Assembly (NCBI GenBank): GCA_963693365.1
Contig: CAVNZM010000012.1
Span: 7,317,501-7,381,500, forward strand
DNA length: 64,000 bases
Reading direction: 5' to 3'
Source: Amoebidium appalachense
Lineage: Eukaryota > Protista > Ichthyosporea
Of this stretch, positions 57,388 to 64,000 are shown in pieces. The stretch's first letter is position 1, and every line of letters starts with the position of its first letter. The notes under the pieces are model-generated. The model saw nothing but the letters and a program-made list of their open reading frames with translations. It had not been told where the DNA came from and made no database searches. The translations under genes were made by a program, and so were the position numbers.

Positions 57388-58345
57388 CCCACCTAAGTAC
57401 ACTCTGCACCACCCTAAGTACACTGTGGTGCACAGCCCCACCCTAAGTACACGTCTGCACCACCCTAAGTACACTGTGGTGCACAGCCCCACCCTAAGTA
57501 CACGTCTGCACCACCCTAAGTACACTGTGGTGCACAGCCCCACCCTAAGTACACGTCTGCACCACCCTAAGTACACCTCTGCACCACCCTAAGTACACGT
57601 CTGCACCACCCTAAGTACACCTCTGCACCACCCTAAGTACACCTCTGCACCACCCTAAGTACACCTCTGCACAGCCCTAAGTACACCTCTGCACCACCCT
57701 AAGTACACTCTGCACCACCCTAAGTACACCTCTGCACAGCCCTAAGTACACCTCTGCACCACCCTAAGTACACGTCTGCACCACCCTAAGTACACTCTGC
57801 ACAGCCCCACCCTAAGTACACGTCTGCACAGCCCCACCCTAAGTACACTCTGCACCACCCTAAGTACACGTCTGCACCACCCTAAGTACACTCTGCACAG
57901 CCCCACCCTAAGTACACGTCTGCACCACCCTAAGTACACCTCTGCACCACCCTAAGTACACGTCTGCACCACCCTAAGTACACGTCTGCACAGCCCCACC
58001 CTAAGTACACTCTGCACCACCCTAAGTACACGTCTGCACCACCCTAAGTACACTCTGCACAGCCCCACCCTAAGTACACGTCTGCACCACCCTAAGTACA
58101 CTCTGCACAGCCCCACCCTAAGTACACTCTGCACCACCCTAAGTACACTCTGCACCACCCTAAGTACCTCTACACCATCCTAAGTACACGTCTGCACAGC
58201 CCCACCCTTTAAGTACACGTCTGCACAGCCCCACCCTTTAAGTACACGTCTGCACCATCCTAAGTACACGTCTGCACAGCCCCACCCTTTAAGTACACGT
58301 CTGCACAGCCCCACCCTAAGTACACTCAATGTTAAGTACACCTGC
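57388..58345. repeat. Irregular minisatellite of ~21-27-bp units built on CCCTAAGTACAC(G/C)TCTGCAC(AGCCC)CAC
   Basis: Dozens of variant units read directly. The start has a 54-bp higher-order repeat. Nearly every unit contains CCCTAA. Confidence 0.92.
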
Positions 58346-58404
58346 ACACAAGCACTAGAATAGCCTGAGGCTACTCTCTAATAGCGGCCCCTTTTTTCAC
58401 CGTG

Positions 58405-59151
58405 TCAAGGCCAGTTGATATCTCCGTCTGAAGACTCGGAAGACGCCCCAGAGCTGCTGGCTTCACTGGCTCGTGCCCTTTTCTGCTGTCCCCGTGTCAA
58501 GGTCTTGGACTCGTCTTCCGAGTGCTCCTCAGAAGACGAGTACTCCTCAGGTCCCCATAGCAAGGTCTTGAACCAAGGAGGCACTTCCTCCTGTACCTCC
58601 GACCCAGAGCTTTTGACTTCCTCTCGTGTTCTCTTCTGCTGTCTTCGTGGTTTCTCCCGTGTCTTGGACCCCTGTGTGAAGGTCTTCCAGTTGAACCAAG
58701 GAGGCACTGGAGAATGGTGCTCCTCCTCCGACCCAGAGCTTCTGACTTCCTCTCGTGTCCTCTTCTGCTGTCTTCGTGGTTTCTCCCGTGTCTTGGACCC
58801 CTGTGTGATGTGCAAACGTGAGCGCTGCAGGGGCAGGGGGGCCAAGTCCACGGGATAGGAGCTGCCATGCTCGCCAGCACGAAGTGCAGGTGCCGCTGCC
58901 AGGACAGGGGGTGCCACGGTCAGCGCTGGGGGTGCCACGGTCAGCGCTGGGGATGCCACGGTCAGCGCTGGGGGTGCCACGGTTGCTGCTGTAGTGGTGC
59001 GCTTGCTTAAAGCCATGCGGGCGTGCCTAGCAAGGGCGCACGCGAAACGGGTCTGGGTGTGTTGCAGGACCTTTGCATCCTCCTCCAAAGTCTTGAGTCT
59101 TGTCTCTATTTTTTTAGCGCGCCTTTCTAGATCTTTGATGTTAGAACTCAT
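58405..59151 (-). CDS. Intronless hypothetical protein (~248 aa): N-terminal coiled coil, TVAPPAL repeats, duplicated basic module
   Basis: ATG at 59151 (MSSNIKDLERRAKK...). In-frame duplicated TQGSKTREKPRRQQKRTREEV..SSGSE...VPPWF. TATA box 84 bp upstream. Confidence 0.75.
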   Translation of the reverse strand: MSSNIKDLERRAKKIETRLKTLEEDAKVLQHTQTRFACALARHARMALSKRTTTAATVAPPALTVASPALTVAPPALTVAPPVLAAAPALRAGEHGSSYPVDLAPLPLQRSRLHITQGSKTREKPRRQQKRTREEVRSSGSEEEHHSPVPPWFNWKTFTQGSKTREKPRRQQKRTREEVKSSGSEVQEEVPPWFKTLLWGPEEYSSSEEHSEDESKTLTRGQQKRARASEASSSGASSESSDGDINWP

Positions 59152-59234
59152 TTTCGTGACAGTTGGATGTACGTTGTGTGCCAAGGGAGAAGCTAGCTAA
59201 CATGGAAAAGGTGTGTGGATTGAAGAGAGTATGG

Positions 59235-59350
59235 GCTTTTATATGCCGTGCCCGGCTTTGGCATCAGATGCTTTATTGCATTAGATTGGTTGGATATACC
59301 CCAGCCGCGACGCTTGATTGGATCTAGAGATCGCGTGAATATCTGATTGG
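59235..59350 (-). promoter_or_regulatory. Pol II promoter of ORF 59151: TATA plus three CCAAT boxes at ~30-bp spacing
   Basis: Minus-strand GGCATATAAAAGC at 59247-59235, identical to 55659-55671. Plus-strand ATTGG at 59285, 59317 and 59346. Confidence 0.6.
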
Positions 59351-60101
59351 CTAATTGTCATTTGGGCATCTTGGTGTATCCGATAAGTTGGGGCTCAACC
59401 AAATCTGCTGACTGATTGATGAATTCTGATTGGATCAACAAGAGCATGTTTTGACTTGAGAATTGTCATTTGACAGATTGGATTGTAATCCGATCTTTGC
59501 AACTTGGCCGTCAGTGTTTGAACACAATGTATTTTGATGTAGCAACTCCTAAAAAAACACGAATATGCTTCCCAACAATTACGAGCATTATTCTGTCTAT
59601 CAGGGATACAAAAATTGGTCAGGAAAAGTACACAATCACATGGTGCTGACTGCTTGAACACGATGTCAACTGATAGCGAATCGGTGCACTGCCTGCTGGG
59701 AAAAACATGTCACTTTTTGAGCAGCACTTAGGAAACTCGCGCTCACGTGGATCCAATACTTATACACCAACCAGAAGTGTGCGCACAAAAAGGGGTCCGA
59801 GCTGGATACAAATGGCTTGGTGTGTGTGTGTGTGTGTTTTATTTTGCACTGTGTAAGGAGCGCTTTTTTTTTTGTTCACACTGCTTTACTTTGTAAATAA
59901 TCAGTGGCGAGTTTTTTTAGTTCACGGTGTGTTTGCGCATCATAGGATTTTGCTTTATTTTGCATTGTGTAAGAGGAACGTTTTTTTTTTGGGTCACACT
60001 TTTGCTTCGTAAAAATAAGAGGGACGTTTTTTTTGTTCACACTGCTTTGCTTCGTGGATAAAAACTAAACACCTCCTGCCCAACCGGCTGCAAACGACAC
60101 A

Positions 60102-60458
60102 ATGGATGAAACAGATACACAGCGCCAAGATGCACACACCGAGCAGCTGCAAGAGACCAACAAGATGCTGAAGGAGGCCAACGAGGGGCTGCACGGGCTG
60201 ATCCAGCAGCTGAGGGAGTTGAACAACGACATGGACAAGGACAACGACGCGCTGCGCACAATGAACAAGAACCAGCGGGAGGTGATCAAGGGCCTGCAAG
60301 AGGAGCGCAACAAGGTGTGCGAAGAGAACAAGAATTTGGTGGTGGAGAACCAAGAGCTGCAGCTGGAAAACGACAAGCTGAAGAAGCAAAAGGACTTTCT
60401 ACGGGCCTGTCTCATACGGCTGGGCCAGTCCGCTAAGACTCCGGATGAAACGGATTGA
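60102..60458 (+). CDS. Small coiled-coil protein (118 aa)
   Basis: ATG-started ORF with strong G/C bias at third codon positions and continuous heptad periodicity (LQETNKMLKEANEGLHGLIQQLRELNN...). Confidence 0.75.
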   Translation: MDETDTQRQDAHTEQLQETNKMLKEANEGLHGLIQQLRELNNDMDKDNDALRTMNKNQREVIKGLQEERNKVCEENKNLVVENQELQLENDKLKKQKDFLRACLIRLGQSAKTPDETD

Positions 60459-60522
60459 TACAATCATGAGGGATAACACTTGCGAGTGATTTCATTCTGT
60501 TACTTAGTATGTATTAACGTCC

Positions 60523-60912
60523 AAGCTTGATGAAAACAAACCCGTGGCTGCTAACCATTGGCCGGGTATAGATCTAACCAAAAAAGGAAGGCACAACAAA
60601 TTAGTGCCCTGCACACGGAGCATGCCTATAGGCTGTTTAGACACCACACGTGTAGGGCACTGCCTCTTGGCACCAACCAGAAGAGGGTAGAAATCAGTGC
60701 CCTGCACACGGAGCATGCCTATAGGCTGTTTAGACACCACACGTGTAGGGCACTGCCTCTTGGCACCAACCAGAAGAGGGTAGAAATCAGTGCCCTGCAC
60801 ACGGAGCATGCCTATAGGCTGTTTAGACACCACACGTGTAGGGCACTGCCTCTTGGCACCAACCAGAAGAGGGTAGAAATCAGTGCCCTGCACACGGAGC
60901 ATGCCTATAGGC
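60523..60912 (-). repeat. Right arm of the ~400-bp inverted repeat: 93-bp tandem unit x~3.3
   Basis: Reverse complement of 55142-55547 with a few substitutions and a 1-bp indel per unit. Confidence 0.9.
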
Positions 60913-60921
60913 AGTGATGGG

Positions 60922-61058
60922 GTGAGTAGGATGAGTAGCTTGAGTACCTACTCATCTGGTCTCCCCCCGGGTGTTCCAATTTCCTTTTGGATTGAGATTT
61001 AGGTATACCCGTAGCCCACAGTAGATGAGTACGTACTCATCCTACTCATCCTACTCAC
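60922..61058. repeat. 36-bp imperfect inverted repeat made of GATGAGTAG units, 65-bp spacer
   Basis: GTGAGTAGGATGAGTAGCTTGAGTACCTACTCATCT (60922-60957) matches the reverse complement of 61023-61058 at 33/36 positions. Confidence 0.8.
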
Positions 61059-61449
61059 TATATGACAATTGCATATATTTATACCTAAAAAGGAAACCTT
61101 TACCATATTTGGTCGAGTAACATCTAGTGTGGGACACTTGTCTGTGTTACTCAGAATCAGTACCTTGAGTAAGATAATTATTGTTACTCAGTGCAACAAG
61201 TTTCAGGTGACGTGTATCTGCTTATACTTATATATATATATATCCTGAGTGTAGGGCTGGCTCCCTAATGGACACTCCAAACCCACATATTTGTAACAAT
61301 ATTATCGACCATAATTTAACGCACACCAGACATGTGCTCCGATGACTCCCTGGCTGTGGGCCTCCTTATATTCACATGCTGCGCCATCCAGGGCACAGTT
61401 GCACCTTCACCGGCAGTCGCACACACACACGCACTGCGTGATACCTGCA

Positions 61450-61968
61450 TTATTCTCTACACTGCCGCCTATTTTTCTGTACTGATTCATATAACTGCAG
61501 CGACAGAATGTCGCACCCCATGTCATGCCAAAGGAAGTCCTTCAAAAAGTCGATTCGCAGAAGGGTTGTTCGTTTTCTCTTTGCCTCCATGGGGACAGCT
61601 CGTCCCTCGCTCATGCCCTCCTCCTCCGTCGGATCCCTCGGTGGCAGCAGCGACAGCGTGGTGTCCCAGCGCTCCCAGGTCAGCCGAAACGACTTGCCCC
61701 AATCCAGGTCGATGGTCACCGCATCCCCGGCCCCCTCCAGTGGACACGTCGAAAACACCAGGTGGTTGAGTCCAGTCCTGTTCGACGTTTCCACCGACTG
61801 CAGCGGCAGCATCGTGTCCGACAGCATCGTGTCGCCCTTGCCGAGTCTTGCGTGGAGCTGTAGCGGCCGGCTTGCCACCCTCCCGGCGCCGTTCGAGTCG
61901 AACGTCATGTTGGATACAAGCAGCGACAGCCGATTGACAAATAGCTTCAGGTCCTGCTCAAAAGCCAT
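61450..61968 (-). CDS. Intronless hypothetical protein (~172 aa)
   Basis: ATG at 61968 (MAFEQDLKLFVNRLSLL...). GC3-rich codons. Minus-strand GGGTATAAAAGC about 55 bp upstream (62019-62030). Confidence 0.6.
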   Translation of the reverse strand: MAFEQDLKLFVNRLSLLVSNMTFDSNGAGRVASRPLQLHARLGKGDTMLSDTMLPLQSVETSNRTGLNHLVFSTCPLEGAGDAVTIDLDWGKSFRLTWERWDTTLSLLPPRDPTEEEGMSEGRAVPMEAKRKRTTLLRIDFLKDFLWHDMGCDILSLQLYESVQKNRRQCRE

Positions 61969-62344
61969 GGTCGGTTCTGGTGCAGATTCAGACTGGCAGC
62001 TCCCCGTGTCAGACACACGCTTTTATACCCTCCAGAGTCCCCGCCTGCGTCGGCGCACACTCATTCGCAAGGTGCCAGTTCTCGAGGCGCTGCATGACCA
62101 CGAGTGCGCGCTTGCGTGTTTCGGCGTGTGTGTACGTGGGCCCGAATCGGAGTGTGAGGTGCTGAGCGTGCGCTGTTGCACAAGCATGTGGACCGCAGGT
62201 GTGCGACCGGGAGACATTGTGGTGGCGTGCGAGATCAAGCGCGCAGAATCCGGGTGGCGCAAGGTGTCCCTCGAGCTCGAGGAGGGCGCGTGGACCAGCA
62301 ACCAATGTGCCGCAGGGTGTAAGCGGAGAAAGTGGTTTCACTAG
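61967..62344 (+). CDS. Possible Cys-rich protein with a PDZ-like AGVRPGDIVVA motif
   Basis: Open frame from the ATG at 61967. The motif resembles PDZ AGLRPGD. The frame overlaps the promoter of the divergent gene, so the start is uncertain. Confidence 0.3.
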   Translation: MVGSGADSDWQLPVSDTRFYTLQSPRLRRRTLIRKVPVLEALHDHECALACFGVCVRGPESECEVLSVRCCTSMWTAGVRPGDIVVACEIKRAESGWRKVSLELEEGAWTSNQCAAGCKRRKWFH

Positions 62345-62376
62345 GAGAGGTCGCCCACAATTTTTGGGTGAACGTC

Positions 62377-62514
62377 ATGTCAAAACGAAGAGGTCGGTCC
62401 AAAAAGAGGGGTCACAGACGTGCAAGGAAGTACGTGTATGCAGACGAGTTCATGCCAAAATACCGGAGACTGGTGCTCCGACAGAGTGTGCGAGTAAAGC
62501 GCCAAGCATATTGA
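62377..62514 (+). CDS. Small Arg/Lys-rich protein (45 aa), protamine- or viral-core-like
   Basis: MSKRRGRSKKRGHRRARKYVYADEFMPKYRRLVLRQSVRVKRQAY, followed by an AT-rich 3' region. Confidence 0.5.
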   Translation: MSKRRGRSKKRGHRRARKYVYADEFMPKYRRLVLRQSVRVKRQAY

Positions 62515-62636
62515 TATTTTTATTTCTGTTGTTGGATTTACATTGTATATTCACCCCAATGTGAAGTTGCAAAACCATTATTTGGATCGTTGGATTTACA
62601 TTATATATTCACCCCGAAACTGTTTAAGATTTTTTG

Positions 62637-63045
62637 CTATAAGGCATGCCCCACGTTGCCCGCGTTGCTCCAGGGGGTCCCCTCGTTCCACTCATCAAGG
62701 TCCGCACCCACCCCCTCGAACTCCTGGTTGCGGTTGCGCCCGTAGGCTCTGTCAAAGACACCCTCGCGCAGCGGCAGCCTTGCTGCCTCCACCACGTGGC
62801 CGACCTCTTTTGAAAAAATAGTCAAGCCAGCGCTCACCCCAATCTTCAAGTGCTGTGCTCAGGTCCTCGGTGGTTGCACCGCCGGGCGCCATGGTGCTGG
62901 GCGCGCCGTGTGACACTCCGGCACGGTAGGCGGACTCGAGCAGGGTCCGAGGTTTGGTCAGGGGCGGTTCTTTGACAAGGGTCTCGAAGAGCAATGCGTC
63001 CTCCGTCTTGGCGCGCCCTACGTCCCAGCGGTTTTTAGGTTCCAT
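62637..63045 (-). CDS. Hypothetical protein split by a 1-bp frameshift at TTTTTTCAAAAGAG (~62806-62820)
   Basis: MEPKNRWDV...ERWLDYFFK continues as EVGHVVEAARLP...WSNAGNVGHAL* if one base is removed from the homopolymer stretch. Confidence 0.45.
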
Positions 63046-63125
63046 GAGCACTGCGATGCATAATCTCTGTGTGTGCTCCCCGAGTTGCTGGGGAGGGGGC
63101 GCTCCAAACTATCTCTTCGGAAGGT

Positions 63126-63380
63126 ATGACTTCTCCGAACATTGCAAACCTGAGATTTGACAACCCGAGTAACTCGTGGGTGCGCAGGGATGACATTGCC
63201 GCCGACCCGCACGAGTACCACCTGACCATCGACAACAGCACGCGCTTCATGCTCTACATGGGCACTTCATTGGACGACCATGATGCACAGCTCAAGAGGG
63301 CTTCGATGTGGAGGGGCATAGCGCTTGCATGCATGGTGCTGCTCGTGCTGCTGGCCGGCGTGCTGGTGTACAGGTGGTAG
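63126..63380 (+). CDS. Small tail-anchored membrane protein (84 aa)
   Basis: ATG at 63126, GC3-rich codons, and a C-terminal hydrophobic helix GIALACMVLLVLLAGVLVY followed by RW*. Confidence 0.6.
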   Translation: MTSPNIANLRFDNPSNSWVRRDDIAADPHEYHLTIDNSTRFMLYMGTSLDDHDAQLKRASMWRGIALACMVLLVLLAGVLVYRW

Positions 63381-64000
63381 GGGTGGGGGGGGGGGTTCTC
63401 AGGTGGGCTGGTTGTTGCAGCGGTTGAAGCTGTTGAACCGTTGAGGCTGGGCGGGTCAACCCATACACACACAGACCTATCCCACTTCTCTATTGAATAC
63501 CCCACCTTCAACAGCTTCAACAGCTTCAATTCTTCAACAAGGGTATAAAAGGAGCAGGCATGCTTTATTTTCTTCAGTCTATTGTAAGCATCATGAGTGC
63601 GCCACCATCTTATGATGCATTTGAGGATCTTACGGTTGACCACAGCATGTTGTTTGACCCCCACACATGTGTCCAACGCTCACATTGGACTATGGATCAG
63701 GTGTTTGCCTTTTTGAGCCCAAACATCGCATATGTCAGTAGGGAAGGTGCCTATCTCGTCAAGATTTATGACCAGGACACGAACCTGTACAAACACCATC
63801 GCAAAACAAAGGCTGCACTCCAAGAGTTTTTGGGTGCCTTTCTATTCCAGCTCGTCCCTGGTGCAAATGGCAAACAGGACACGTACAACGGCGCAAACGT
63901 GTTGAAAACACCATGCTTTCCATACTACACCTGTTTTGTTTTCGACCCGTCATCTCCAGACCCACGCACCGGAAACACCAAGCCAGCCTACCTTGTCCAA

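Noticed and set aside
57271-58158. Repetitive ORFs (YLGWCRRVLRVGLC; HHPKYTVVHSPTLSTRL)
   Set aside because: Read-through of the minisatellite; variable unit lengths break the frame.
59994-60463. Minus-strand ORFs of 131 and 132 aa, and similar antisense ORFs over 55841-56754, 58415-58858, 27308-27790, 31399-31650 and 61508-61966
   Set aside because: Antisense shadows of real or better-supported ORFs on the opposite strand.
60504-60917. ORFs with 31-aa repeats on both strands
   Set aside because: A consequence of the 93-bp unit. The homologous left arm has a 92-bp unit that does not preserve frame.
61965-61970. Divergent ORFs sharing a CCATGG palindrome as overlapping start codons
   Set aside because: CATG is self-complementary, so this arises easily by chance, and the plus-strand start is poorly supported.

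Overview
Eukaryotic genomic DNA. An SH2-domain gene, an E2F-type promoter site and animal-like RPAP1/AGPAT5 suggest a unicellular opisthokont or holozoan (inference). The left 48 kb holds three spliced housekeeping genes: RPAP1 (minus strand, at least 26 exons, runs off the left edge), TBP (minus, 5 coding exons) and an AGPAT5-like acyltransferase (plus, 6 exons). Their introns are saturated with poly-G/poly-C runs and (CA)/(TG) microsatellites, and many 3' splice sites have (CA)n or poly-C in place of a U-rich tract. A 5'-truncated APE+RT non-LTR retrotransposon with an 11-bp TSD lies between RPAP1 and TBP. Two shorter copies share its unusual non-polyA 3' terminus. A dispersed ~453-nt repeat carries hammerhead-ribozyme core motifs in type II order, and one copy begins at the predicted cleavage site (retrozyme-like; best novelty candidate). 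From about 54.4 kb the sequence changes character: no G/C homopolymers, intronless orphan ORFs with shared TATA motifs, and a 5.8-kb module bounded by ~400-bp inverted repeats with a central CCCTAA-containing satellite. This suggests an endogenous virus or large cargo-carrying mobile element, but no hallmark gene is visible in the window. Most ORFs in the supplied track are microsatellite artefacts. All coordinates were read by hand.
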